This document shows, piece by piece, positions 10,162-21,740 of a stretch of 64,000 nt of DNA. The DNA lies in the NCBI GenBank assembly GCA_963703345.1, contig OY969814.1:384001-448000 (forward strand), in the 5' to 3' direction. Source of the stretch: an uncultured Chloroflexia bacterium (lineage in GTDB: Bacteria > Chloroflexota > Dehalococcoidia > DSTF01 > JALHUB01). The stretch's first letter is position 1. The number at the start of each line of letters is the position of its first letter. The position numbers were made by a program, and so were the translations under genes. The notes under the pieces are model-generated. The model was not told the origin of the DNA and searched no databases. It saw only the letters and a program-made list of their open reading frames with translations.

Positions 10162-11058
10162 CTACGCCGGCGCTTCCTTGGGAGGAGACGGCTCCTTCGG
10201 GACGATGCCCAGGAGCTTGCCCAGCGCCGTGTAGCCCCACCTCTGCAGGAACAGCGCCGCCCCTAAGCCCATGAGCGCCACGCAAATGCCCACCGGCGCG
10301 TCGAAGATGTAGTGGTTCGCCGTGAATACGACGGCGAAGAACTGCGCCACCGGCAGCATGGCGGCAAGCACCCATAACGGCTTCCAGCGTGTCGAGGCGA
10401 TGACGCCGATGGCCAGGATTACCGGCCAGCCGACGTGAAGGCTCGGCACGGAAGCATATGGGTTCACGAACATCTGCATCGACTGCGCCTGATAGCTCAG
10501 GTTGCTGTAGATCGCCATCGTGTCCACGAAGCCGAAGTCGCTGAGGAAACGCGGCGGCGCCACCGGGAAGAGGTGGTAGATGATGAGAGCTATTCCGCCG
10601 GAGATCAGCATCGCATCGCGCGTCAGAGTGTACTGGCGTCGATGGCGGAAGTAGAGCCAGAGCCCAACAGTCACGATGAGCGGGAAGTCCAGCCAGAAGT
10701 AGATGCCGTTGAAAAGATGGATGAGGAAGCTCTTACCGAGGATCAGCGCCTGCAACTGGAGCTCCCAACTGAATCCGGCCTCGCGCTCAAGGTTCATGAT
10801 GCGGAAGCCGTGGGCGAGAGCATCCGAAGTCCGGTCGACGACGCTACCGCGGACGAGGAAGTAGAACAGGAACGCCAGCGACACGAGCGTCAACTCGACG
10901 ATGTGACGGACTATCGGGCGCGGCGCCAGCGCTTCCGCCACGCGTCGCGGTGCAAGGAGGGCCATCAGCGCACGGATTATCTTCAGGATATGGCGAAACC
11001 AGACGCTCCCTGTCAGCGATCTCGCCAGATTCCCCAGAGCCGACAATGGAGAAACCAT
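10162..11058 (-). CDS. PAP2_3 (Aur1/Ipt1-like) membrane phosphotransferase
   Basis: FPVAPPR, NPYASVPSLHVGW, TANHYIFD, multiple TM segments. Confidence 0.88.
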   Translation of the reverse strand: MVSPLSALGNLARSLTGSVWFRHILKIIRALMALLAPRRVAEALAPRPIVRHIVELTLVSLAFLFYFLVRGSVVDRTSDALAHGFRIMNLEREAGFSWELQLQALILGKSFLIHLFNGIYFWLDFPLIVTVGLWLYFRHRRQYTLTRDAMLISGGIALIIYHLFPVAPPRFLSDFGFVDTMAIYSNLSYQAQSMQMFVNPYASVPSLHVGWPVILAIGVIASTRWKPLWVLAAMLPVAQFFAVVFTANHYIFDAPVGICVALMGLGAALFLQRWGYTALGKLLGIVPKEPSPPKEAPA

Positions 11059-11125
11059 ACCGTTTCAGATCCCTCCGACGACAACTAGATCCGATAATTC
11101 ATTTAAGCACACGTGGCGACAGATT

Positions 11126-11893
11126 TCAAGAAACGGTCTGCCGCGTTCCGAAGCGCACGTTCTCAAGAACGAACGCCAGGACAATAGCCAGCAGCACGAC
11201 GAGGGCGCCGGCCATCGCATCAAAAATGAAATGATTCCCGGTGAGTACGATCGCGAAGAACATGAACGTCGGAAAGAGCACCGCAAACGCCCGCACCCAC
11301 CAGTTGCGCGCGATGTCGATGAGGGCGATCCCGACGAGCAGCGCCCAGCCGAAATGGAGGCTCGGCACCGCCGCATAGTGATTGACGATGAAGCCAGGCT
11401 GCATCGTGTTCGACTTGTTGTTGAACATAGCTATAGTATCGACGAAACCGAGGTTGGGCATGAGCCGCGGCGGCGCGACGGGGAAGAAGCCGTAGATGAA
11501 CAGGCCAATGACGGCGGAGATCAGCAGCGCATTCCGGTACACGCGGTATCGCTCCCGGCTCTGCACGTATATCCAGATTCCGCTGGCCACGAGGAGCGGT
11601 AAATGGCCGTAGAGATAGATTCCGTTGACGATGTCGACCAGGGCGCGGCTGCCGATTATGTGCTCTTGCCAGCCGGACTCCCAGAAGATGCCAAGTCGCT
11701 GCTCGATCCGGATGATGTGGTCTGCGCGGGCGAAAGCGTCGGCTGTTCTCTCGGGGAGAGCGCCGCGGATGAGCCAGTAGATGACCATCAAACCGACGAG
11801 GAGCACCGCTTCGACAAAGAAGAGGCGCAGTTCGCGAAGGACTTTCCTGACCTTCGTCCTTGTGGATGGCGTCACTACCGGCTTTGCCCTCAA
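11126..11893 (-). CDS. PAP2_3 (Aur1/Ipt1-like) membrane phosphotransferase, paralog
   Basis: FPVAPPR, NHYAAVPSLHFGW, TGNHFIFD. Confidence 0.88.
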   Translation of the reverse strand: MRAKPVVTPSTRTKVRKVLRELRLFFVEAVLLVGLMVIYWLIRGALPERTADAFARADHIIRIEQRLGIFWESGWQEHIIGSRALVDIVNGIYLYGHLPLLVASGIWIYVQSRERYRVYRNALLISAVIGLFIYGFFPVAPPRLMPNLGFVDTIAMFNNKSNTMQPGFIVNHYAAVPSLHFGWALLVGIALIDIARNWWVRAFAVLFPTFMFFAIVLTGNHFIFDAMAGALVVLLAIVLAFVLENVRFGTRQTVS

Positions 11894-12018
11894 TCCTCAG
11901 GCGATTGCAGCTCTGCCTCCCTGACCTTACCATGGGATTGTAGCACACAACTCTGCCGACACAAGGCCCTCTTCCATCCCACGACAGCCGTTGCTGTCCT
12001 GCATTGAAAGGAGCCTCC

Positions 12019-13527
12019 ATGCAACTCGATACCCAGATCGGCCATCTTCGCGAATCTCCCGCCGGAGCGCTGGTCGTAGCTCTGTTCGAAAACTCCGACG
12101 TCCTCGGGGGCGTCGCGGCGGATGTCGATGCCGCGCTCGGAGGGATGATCTCGCAGCTAGTCCGCCAGGGCGAGGTGAAGGGAAAGAGATACGAGACAAC
12201 TCTCGTCCACACCCTTGACCGCCTACCATCGCCGCGAGTCCTGGTCGTCGGCCTCGGCAAGAGAAACGCCTTCGATGGCCGCATACTGCGCAACGCTTTT
12301 GCCGTCGGCGCGCGTCATCTCCGCCGAGTTGGTGCGGAAACCGTCGCCGTCAGCGCCGACCCGCTTCTCGGTCCTGCGCCTGATGCGACCGCGCAGGCGA
12401 TCGTCGAAGGAATGACGCTCGGCCTTTACATCTTCAGCCGGCACAAGAAACGGCCCGAGGAAGAGCGCGATCTGCGCGAGATCGTCCTGATGGAGCCGGA
12501 CCCATCGCGAGCCGAGGCGGTGCGAGAGGGAGCGGAGCGCGGCCGCGTCGCAGCCGAAGCGACGAACTGGGTGCGCGACCTGGCCAACGAGCCCGCCAAC
12601 TTCATGACGCCGTCAGACCTGGCGGAGCGCGCCCAGCAGGTCGCGCAGGAGCTGGACCTGGAGTGCGAGGTCTTCGAGCGGACGGAGATCGAGGAGATGG
12701 GCATGGGCGCTTTCCTCGGCGTCGCTCAGGGAAGCCGCCAGCCGCCGAAGCTGATCGTGCTCCGCTATCAAGGAAGCGCGGCGGAGGCCGCGACGTTGGG
12801 ACTCGTTGGCAAAGGCATCACTTTCGACAGCGGCGGCATCTCGATCAAGCCGTCGCAGGGCATGCACGAGATGAAGAGCGATATGACCGGCGGCGCCGAA
12901 GCGATTGCCACCGTTCGAGCGCTGGCCCAACTCAAGGTGAGGTTGAACGTGACGGCCATCGTGCCGGCCACCGAGAACATGCCCGATGGCAGCGCTCAGC
13001 GCCCCGGCGACGTGGTGCGAGCAATGAACGGCATGACGATCGAGGTCGTGAACACGGACGCCGAAGGGCGCCTGATCCTCGCCGATGCCCTCTGCTATGC
13101 CGGCCGTCTCGGCCTCTCACCGATCGTCAACGTCGCCACGCTTACCGGCGCCATGTCGGTCATCCTTGGTAACGTGGCTTTCGGCGCCATGACGAACAAC
13201 GAGGGGCTCTTCATGCGGATCAACGAGTCGGCGGATGTCGCCGGCGAGCGTGTCTGGCAGTTGCCTCTCTTCGACGAATACCGCGAGAAACTCGACAGCG
13301 AGGTCGCTGACATCAAAAACGTCGGCGGCCGCGACGCGGGCGCGATTACCGGGGGCCTCTTCCTTAAGGAGTTCGTCGGCGACACGCCCTGGGCGCACCT
13401 GGACATCGCCGGCGTGGATCTGCGCGACGAAGTCAAGGGCATCTTCATCAAGGGCGCCAGCGGCACGGGGGTCCGGACGCTGATCGCGCTGGCCCTCAGC
13501 CTCGCGGAGAGGCCGCTCTCCGGCTGA
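12019..13527 (+). CDS. pepA: Leucyl aminopeptidase (M17)
   Basis: VGKGITFDSGG, MKSDM, NTDAEGRL, WAHLDIAG. Confidence 0.96.
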   Translation: MQLDTQIGHLRESPAGALVVALFENSDVLGGVAADVDAALGGMISQLVRQGEVKGKRYETTLVHTLDRLPSPRVLVVGLGKRNAFDGRILRNAFAVGARHLRRVGAETVAVSADPLLGPAPDATAQAIVEGMTLGLYIFSRHKKRPEEERDLREIVLMEPDPSRAEAVREGAERGRVAAEATNWVRDLANEPANFMTPSDLAERAQQVAQELDLECEVFERTEIEEMGMGAFLGVAQGSRQPPKLIVLRYQGSAAEAATLGLVGKGITFDSGGISIKPSQGMHEMKSDMTGGAEAIATVRALAQLKVRLNVTAIVPATENMPDGSAQRPGDVVRAMNGMTIEVVNTDAEGRLILADALCYAGRLGLSPIVNVATLTGAMSVILGNVAFGAMTNNEGLFMRINESADVAGERVWQLPLFDEYREKLDSEVADIKNVGGRDAGAITGGLFLKEFVGDTPWAHLDIAGVDLRDEVKGIFIKGASGTGVRTLIALALSLAERPLSG

Positions 13528-13528
13528 G

Positions 13529-13834
13529 CTACCGCTTCGTGCTCGGAGGCGCCCAGGCTCTCGAGATGAACCTGTCGACCTCGATGGCCGGCAGCGTGTT
13601 AACGCTCAACGTTCCACGCGCGCTCAGCTCGACAGCGATGCTCATAACCGCTTCGTTGCTGTCCGCTTCGATGACAGTTATGAAGTCGTAGGCGCCAAGC
13701 GTAGCGTACTGGGCGACGATCTTGCCCCCCATCGACACGATCTCCTTGTTGACCTCCCGAATGCGTTCGGGGCGGCTCTTGATCGTCTTGCGTCCCTGTT
13801 CCGTCAGGTTGGTGAGGGAAATGTACAGCGGCAT
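13529..13834 (-). CDS. GYD domain protein
   Basis: YISLTNLTEQG, YATLGAYDFITVIEA. Confidence 0.85.
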   Translation of the reverse strand: MPLYISLTNLTEQGRKTIKSRPERIREVNKEIVSMGGKIVAQYATLGAYDFITVIEADSNEAVMSIAVELSARGTLSVNTLPAIEVDRFISRAWAPPSTKR

Positions 13835-13928
13835 AGGGTTTCTCCTTCCCATTGCTTGTGATGAGGACATCATAGCACGGGCACGCGCCTGTGAGTCCCC
13901 CGACGCGCTGGTTCGTCGCCGTTCGCCC

Positions 13929-13951
13929 GCCTGCCGGTAGGCATGGCTTGC
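13929..13951 (-). repeat. Dispersed 23-bp imperfect palindrome (copy 1)
   Basis: Reverse complement GCAAGCCATGCCTACCGGCAGGC is identical to 27858-27880. Confidence 0.75.
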
Positions 13952-13963
13952 CGCGGGGCGTTG

Positions 13964-14494
13964 CTATTGGTCTCGCGCCGGCAGCGGCCGCGTCACCCAG
14001 TCGGGCAGGCGCACGTCCGCCGGGGCGTCGTGCTGGGGGATGAACGGCTTTACGTCGAGCACGGGCGTGCCGTTGATCGCGTCCAGCCCTCTTACGCGCA
14101 GCACGTTTCGGCGTCGCTTCACGAGCGAAACGACCGAGACGCCGACAGGGTTCGGGCGGTGCTGTGTGCGCGTCGCCAGGACACCCTGCAGCGGGTAGCG
14201 TTCGTCGCCACGCGGATGGCACTGCGTCCGGCCGCGTTCCTCGTCCGAGACGCGGTGCAGGTGAAAGAGGACGATGACGTGCGAGTACCCCTCGATGCCG
14301 TTCAGGGCATCGGTCAGCTCTTTGCGGAGGATGATGTCGGAGGAGACGTTGGCCCACTCCTGGCGGCGCGGCTCCCGCACCCCGTTCCGCACCATGCCGA
14401 TCGGCTTCAAGGTAACCGGCTCGTTGGGGATGATCTGCTCCGGCAGGATGCCGACGGTGCCCAGAAAACGCAGAAGCCGGCTGCGAATGCTCAT
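13964..14494 (-). CDS. trmO: TrmO/TsaA-family tRNA methyltransferase domain protein
   Basis: LKPIG, YSHVIVLFHLH, GVLATRTQHRPNPVG, LDAINGTPVLDVKP. Confidence 0.85.
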   Translation of the reverse strand: MSIRSRLLRFLGTVGILPEQIIPNEPVTLKPIGMVRNGVREPRRQEWANVSSDIILRKELTDALNGIEGYSHVIVLFHLHRVSDEERGRTQCHPRGDERYPLQGVLATRTQHRPNPVGVSVVSLVKRRRNVLRVRGLDAINGTPVLDVKPFIPQHDAPADVRLPDWVTRPLPARDQ

Positions 14495-14644
14495 CCGACG
14501 CTCTCCTCGTCTTCTTCTGTGAGACAAGCAGAGATTAGCACAGGCTCATGGACACGCCAAGGCTTTCCGTTCGAACGCGCAAACGGAATGTTTCTCCCCC
14601 GTTCATTGACCGCTGCCCGTGCCTGTGCTACGTTTCGTTCGAAA

Positions 14645-15274
14645 ATGCCGAGAATCCCCTTCCTCCCGAAGAACGAACGCTTCTACGTTCTCCTCCACGA
14701 CGGCGCCCGAAACCTTGTCGACGCCGCGGAAAGCCTCAATGACCTCGTCCGGTACTACGAGAACATCGATATGAAGAGCGAGCACATCACGGAGCTCGAG
14801 CACAACGGCGATAGCATTACGCACGATATCATCAACCTTCTCCATAAGACGTTCGTCACGCCCATTGAGCGCGAGGACATCGCTCTCCTCGCCCAGCGCA
14901 TGGACGACGTGATGGACTACATCGAGGGTGCGGCCACGGCGATGCGCATCTATAAGATCGCGCAACCGACGGAGCGGAGCCGCGAGATGGCCGATGTCGT
15001 GCGGCTCATGGCCGTTAAGCTGGAGCAGGCGGTCTCACACCTGCGTGACCACAAGGGACTGCGCGACATCCTCCCTTACTGCGTCGAAGTGAACCGGCTG
15101 GAGAACGTCGCCGACGACCTCTACCGCAAGGCAATCGCCGAGCTCTTCGACGACGAGGCGAGCGCGGCGGAAATCATCAAGTGGCGCGAGGTCTACGAGC
15201 AGCTAGAGCAGGCGACGGACGGCGCGGAGGACGTCGCCAACGTCCTGGAAGGCATTGTCCTGAGGCATGCCTAA
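14645..15274 (+). CDS. DUF47 (PhoU-like) phosphate transport accessory protein
   Basis: LEHNGD, TFVTPIEREDI, LEQATDGAEDVANVLEGI; precedes PiT. Confidence 0.9.
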   Translation: MPRIPFLPKNERFYVLLHDGARNLVDAAESLNDLVRYYENIDMKSEHITELEHNGDSITHDIINLLHKTFVTPIEREDIALLAQRMDDVMDYIEGAATAMRIYKIAQPTERSREMADVVRLMAVKLEQAVSHLRDHKGLRDILPYCVEVNRLENVADDLYRKAIAELFDDEASAAEIIKWREVYEQLEQATDGAEDVANVLEGIVLRHA

Positions 15275-15302
15275 ACTGACTGCGTACAGTCGAAAGAGGT
15301 CC

Positions 15303-15328
15303 AACGGGCCCGGCGGGGCTCGTTTTTT
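15303..15328 (+). terminator. Intrinsic terminator-like hairpin between DUF47 and pit
   Basis: AACGGGCCC-GGCG-GGGCTCGTT followed by TTTT. Confidence 0.55.
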
Positions 15329-15362
15329 CTGCGCGCGGACGCCTCCAATCGGAAAATAGGGC

Positions 15363-16346
15363 ATGATCAACAGCTTCCCATTCCTCGTCATCACCTTCAT
15401 CGCCATACTCGGCTTCGAGGCGGTGAACGGCTGGACCGACGCTCCCAACGCCGTCGCCACGGTCGTCTCCACGCGCGTACTGCCGCCGATCCCGGCCGTC
15501 GCGATGGCGGCGGTGTTCAACCTGCTCGGCGCACTCTCGGGAACAGCGGTGGCGGCCACTATCGGCAAGGGTATCGTCGATCTCAACCAGATCAACCTGG
15601 AGACGATACTGTCCGCCTGCATTGCGGTCATCGTCTGGAGCACGTTTGCCTGGTACTTCGGCCTGCCGACGAGCAAGACACACGAGATCCTCGCAGGTCT
15701 TGCGGGCGCCGGCGTGGCAACGGGCGGCTTCGATGTCCTCGAGTACAGCGGCTGGGAGAAGGTGTTCACGGGCCTCGGCGCCGCCATCATCTTCGGCGCG
15801 CTTGGCGGCGTCCTGCTGATGTGGATCCTCTCTTGGATCCTGAGAAAATCAAGTCCCGCCTTCGTCCACAGAACCTTCGGCGTGCTGCAGTTGGGTTCCG
15901 CCGCGTTCATGGCCTGGAGCCACGGCACCGCCGATGGCCAGAAGGCGATGGGCGTGATGGCGATGGCCCTGGCCATCCACTATCATCAGGCCTTCACCGT
16001 GCCGATCTGGGTGATCTTCCTGGCGGCGACGACGATGGGCCTCAGCACCGGCCTCGGGGGCTACCGAATCATCAAGACGCTGGGAATGCGGCTGACGCAT
16101 CTCCAGCCGGTGCACGGCTTTGCGGCGGAGACGGCGGCGGCGATGACGATTACGGTCAGCGCCCGCTTCGGCATTCCGTTGAGCACGACGCATACCATCG
16201 GCTCCGCGATCATGGGCGTCGGCGCGACGCGTCGTTTCTCGGCGGTGCGCTGGGGGATTGCGCAGGAGATACTGGCGGCGTGGGTGCTGACGTTCCCGGT
16301 CTGCTTTGCGCTGGGCTATGTGATAGCCTTCCTCATCCCCGGCTAG
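15363..16346 (+). CDS. Inorganic phosphate transporter, PiT family
   Basis: NGWTDAPNAVAT, GLPTSKTH, SHGTADGQKAMG, GIPLSTTH. Confidence 0.93.
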   Translation: MINSFPFLVITFIAILGFEAVNGWTDAPNAVATVVSTRVLPPIPAVAMAAVFNLLGALSGTAVAATIGKGIVDLNQINLETILSACIAVIVWSTFAWYFGLPTSKTHEILAGLAGAGVATGGFDVLEYSGWEKVFTGLGAAIIFGALGGVLLMWILSWILRKSSPAFVHRTFGVLQLGSAAFMAWSHGTADGQKAMGVMAMALAIHYHQAFTVPIWVIFLAATTMGLSTGLGGYRIIKTLGMRLTHLQPVHGFAAETAAAMTITVSARFGIPLSTTHTIGSAIMGVGATRRFSAVRWGIAQEILAAWVLTFPVCFALGYVIAFLIPG

Positions 16347-16368
16347 ACCAGGTCGCCTACTCCTACTG

Positions 16369-16701
16369 TTAGATCACCCCAAGGATGACGAGCAGCCAGC
16401 CGACGGACGCGAAGATGAACAGGGCACGTAGGTACATTCCGCTACGCCATTGGAGGTTCGCGTCCTTTTCCGCCGAGCCAGTCGTGCCAGTCCAGAAGTA
16501 GCCGAGCGCGGGAAAGGTCCTCGCCAGGACGCGTTGTCCCTCGGCATGAAAGATGAGCGAGAACGGTGCCCAGCAGACCTTCCCCCAGAATCGGATGATC
16601 CGCTCCGGATGCCACATGAACTGGTAGAACAACCAGCAGTAGGCTGCGACGAGAATGAAGTCAGTCGCCAGAGCTCCCAGAAAGACGAGCCAATCTTTCA
16701 T
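16369..16701 (-). CDS. Hypothetical small membrane protein
   Basis: 110 aa with two hydrophobic segments; fills the gap between genes. Confidence 0.55.
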   Translation of the reverse strand: MKDWLVFLGALATDFILVAAYCWLFYQFMWHPERIIRFWGKVCWAPFSLIFHAEGQRVLARTFPALGYFWTGTTGSAEKDANLQWRSGMYLRALFIFASVGWLLVILGVI

Positions 16702-16737
16702 TTCTCTCTTCTAGCGCTGTTGCGGAAGAGCGAGCGG

Positions 16738-17625
16738 CTAGCTGACGGCGACGGCGGCGCCCCAGAGGAAGACGACCTGCACGGCGACCAGCCCGGCCAG
16801 TAGCGTGTACGAGGCCAGCTTCTCCCAGGCGCGCGCAGCAACGGCGGCGACGAGGCTGACCAGCAAGATGCCGAAAGCGGTCGCCGGCAGCGACAGCAGC
16901 TCGTGCTTGGAGGCGACACGTTCGACGTCCAGCGGCGGGAAGGAGATGGCGAGGCTTTCGGGCAGGCCGCCGTAGTTGGCGTAGATGACGCCGGCAGTCG
17001 CAGCGCAAAGCAGCACGGCGACGAGCGCCAGCCCCTGAGCGTAGCGGTCGAGCCAGAACGGCTGGTCGGCGAGGGGCAAGCGGCGCGGCACCTGTCGCAG
17101 CGGAAGCTCCACGCCCTCCTTTCGGGCCGACTCGACCTCGCTCACAAACTGCCTCACGTCCGGCGGCGAGACCGCGTACGCCTGCGAAGCGGTGATAACG
17201 TACACGAGCTCTGCGGGGCGCCGGTGCGTGGAGTAGAAGAGCGTCTCGCCGATATCCTGCACGCTGGCATGGCCGACGTGATGGCCGGGCCAGCCGACGC
17301 CCTTGACGTTCGGCAAGGGGATAAGCTCGCCATGGGTCACGCGCTTCACGCCGTCAAGCGGTATCACCTGACGGACAAAGCCGCAGTGAATCACGAGACC
17401 GTTTCGGTCCAGCTCGTAGCGCAGGCTCGCGCAGGCATAGGTCCACCAGCCAATGAGTGCTGCGATTCCGAGGAAGACGGCAGCGAAGAGGTAGCAGAAG
17501 ACGGTGGAAAGAGAGACCGGCTCCGTCGCGCCGCGGAGGACGAGCAGGGCCGCGAAAACGAGCGCCCACGCCGAGGCGGCGATGCCCAGGGTCGTGCCGG
17601 TTGCGCGTCGAGGGTGGAATTGCAT
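16738..17625 (-). CDS. Membrane protein with bacterial PH-like domain
   Basis: 2 TM, then LRYELDRNGLVI..VIPL..YAVSPPD..FV, then C-terminal TMs. Confidence 0.7.
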   Translation of the reverse strand: MQFHPRRATGTTLGIAASAWALVFAALLVLRGATEPVSLSTVFCYLFAAVFLGIAALIGWWTYACASLRYELDRNGLVIHCGFVRQVIPLDGVKRVTHGELIPLPNVKGVGWPGHHVGHASVQDIGETLFYSTHRRPAELVYVITASQAYAVSPPDVRQFVSEVESARKEGVELPLRQVPRRLPLADQPFWLDRYAQGLALVAVLLCAATAGVIYANYGGLPESLAISFPPLDVERVASKHELLSLPATAFGILLVSLVAAVAARAWEKLASYTLLAGLVAVQVVFLWGAAVAVS

Positions 17626-17636
17626 AGTCTCGCGGG

Positions 17637-18551
17637 CTACGCGGGCGTGCACCAGTCCGCGTACTTGTTGTTCTTGCAGCAGATGGCGTCGAGGTACAGC
17701 TTCTGGAGACGCGCCGTCACCGGGCCCGTCTTGCCGTTGCCCACCGGACGCCTGTCGATGTCGACGACGGCGGTGACGTGGGCAGCGGTGCCCGTCATGA
17801 AGCACTCGTCGGCGGTATACAACTCCGCGCGGGCGACGGGGCGCTCCAGCGTCTCCATGCCCAGCTCCTCGCGCGCCAGCCGCATGACGGTGTCACGGGT
17901 AATGCCGACGAGGATGTTGTCCGATTGCGAAGGCGTGATCAGCCTGCCGTCCTCGACGATGAAGATGTTCTCGCCGCTGCCTTCGGAGACGTGACCGTTG
18001 ATGGAGAGCATGATCGCCTCGTCGAAGCCGTTCTCCTGCGCCTCGGTCTTGGCCAGCGCCGAGTTGACGTAGATGCCGGTGACCTTGGCCCGCGCCGGAA
18101 TCGACAGCTCGTCGACACGGCGCCAGGACGAGGTCATGCAGCGGATGCCTTTGTCGAGGTCCAGATACGGGCCGAAGGGCGTGACGTACATCAGGAGGTC
18201 GTCGTCCAGGTTGTGCATGCGCACGCCGACGACCTCGGAGCTCTTGTAGGCGATGGGCCGAAGGTAGACGTCCTCGGTGTAGCCGCACATGCCGACCAGC
18301 TTCGTAGCGATGTCGCAAAGCTCGTCGGGGCTGTAAGGAAGGTCGATCTTGAGGATGCGACAGCTCCTGGCGAGGCGAAGGAAGTGGTCGCGCAGGCGGA
18401 ACAGGTAGATTCGTTCGTCCTGCTCGTTCCAGTTGCCGCGGATGCCCTCGAAGCAGCCGGTGCCGTAGTTGAAGGCGTGCGTCATTACGCCGATCTTGGC
18501 CTCCGGCAGCGGCAGGAACTGCTTCTTGAGATAGGCGTAGGGCGTCGGCAT
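17637..18551 (-). CDS. ilvE: Branched-chain amino acid aminotransferase
   Basis: YGTGCFEGIR, YLRP, GHVSEGSGENIF, LVGITR, FMTGTAA. Confidence 0.96.
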   Translation of the reverse strand: MPTPYAYLKKQFLPLPEAKIGVMTHAFNYGTGCFEGIRGNWNEQDERIYLFRLRDHFLRLARSCRILKIDLPYSPDELCDIATKLVGMCGYTEDVYLRPIAYKSSEVVGVRMHNLDDDLLMYVTPFGPYLDLDKGIRCMTSSWRRVDELSIPARAKVTGIYVNSALAKTEAQENGFDEAIMLSINGHVSEGSGENIFIVEDGRLITPSQSDNILVGITRDTVMRLAREELGMETLERPVARAELYTADECFMTGTAAHVTAVVDIDRRPVGNGKTGPVTARLQKLYLDAICCKNNKYADWCTPA

Positions 18552-18645
18552 CCGCAGGCTCCTTTCGAGGGGCAGTAGGGCGCCATTATAGGGCAGGCGC
18601 GCCTGACGTGGCAAGTCGCCCCTTCAACGTTAGAATCGATTGTGA

Positions 18646-20766
<2,121 letters not shown>

Positions 20767-20795
20767 GTGATCCCGAAGGCTGGAGCGGCTCGGAA

Positions 20796-21695
20796 GTGAG
20801 CGAGCGCGAATTCATCGGCATACCCCTGCAACAATGGGGAGCTGCGGCTCTTGGAGCTGCTTTCACTGCGCTTGGGACCTTATTCATCCAAGCGCTTGGG
20901 TTCGTCAGGACGTCGTGGAACGAGAGCCGCCCTGCGTGCCGCCTTCTAGGACGCGTGGCGAGGTCCGAGGAGCCTTGCTACATCTTCGTGCGCGATTTCT
21001 TCGTCCCTACGCCGCTCCCCGTGCTGGTTCCTTCTCCTGCAGGGGGAACGCAGACAATCTCCGTGAACGTGCCCCTTTTGATTAAGGATGGCCCCACAGG
21101 TGCCGTCGGCGCGGTAAAGAACGTGAATCAACTTTGGAGCAGTGTCGAAAGTAGTGCGCTTTCCAATCTCCTATACGTGTTCGCCGTTGCGGGGAAGAAT
21201 GAGGGTGTACACGTCCAGCAGATGAGCCAAGACGTTGGCGTTTGGGACGGGAGCATAATCGTCCTGGGAGCGCAGGCTACCCGCTCCATCGAGTTTTACC
21301 GCCGCATGAAAGGTGTAGCCTACCGAATGACGGGGAGAAGCATAGTCGATGTTGTCAATGGGACGACCGTCAAGCGATCGGGTCCCTTTGGTTATGGGAT
21401 CATCCTTAAGGCGCGCAACCCTCTGCGAACGTCCGGCGGGCACGGAGTGGGTTTCCTGATTGGCGGGTTTGGCACACTGGGAACCGAGGCCGCGGGTTAC
21501 TACTTCAGGACTCGTTATCGAGAACTTGCCAGGGACTTCGGTGAACGGACCTTCGGGATCGTTATTCGCGCATCTCTGCAGGCGGGCGCGGCCTCAGCCG
21601 AACGGCTACACAGCTACGACCGGGTCACCGAGCCGAAGCCGCGCTTCCGCCGCATATATGAGCAAGTTGTGTTTTGGGCGCACAAACAGATGTGA
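20796..21695 (+). CDS. Hypothetical protein, N-terminal TM plus alpha/beta domain, atypical codon usage
   Basis: 299-aa ORF filling the gyrB-nadD gap; IIVLG, YGIILKARNP, FLIGGFGTLGTEAA. Confidence 0.7.
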   Translation: MSEREFIGIPLQQWGAAALGAAFTALGTLFIQALGFVRTSWNESRPACRLLGRVARSEEPCYIFVRDFFVPTPLPVLVPSPAGGTQTISVNVPLLIKDGPTGAVGAVKNVNQLWSSVESSALSNLLYVFAVAGKNEGVHVQQMSQDVGVWDGSIIVLGAQATRSIEFYRRMKGVAYRMTGRSIVDVVNGTTVKRSGPFGYGIILKARNPLRTSGGHGVGFLIGGFGTLGTEAAGYYFRTRYRELARDFGERTFGIVIRASLQAGAASAERLHSYDRVTEPKPRFRRIYEQVVFWAHKQM

Positions 21696-21740
21696 ACTTC
21701 ACTGCCCCCGGTCGGGTGACGTGTCCTAGAGTCTACCTCT

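Noticed and set aside
13943-14644. Apparent 443-aa DUF47 fusion
   Set aside because: Upstream part is antisense to trmO; DUF47 homology begins at ATG 14645
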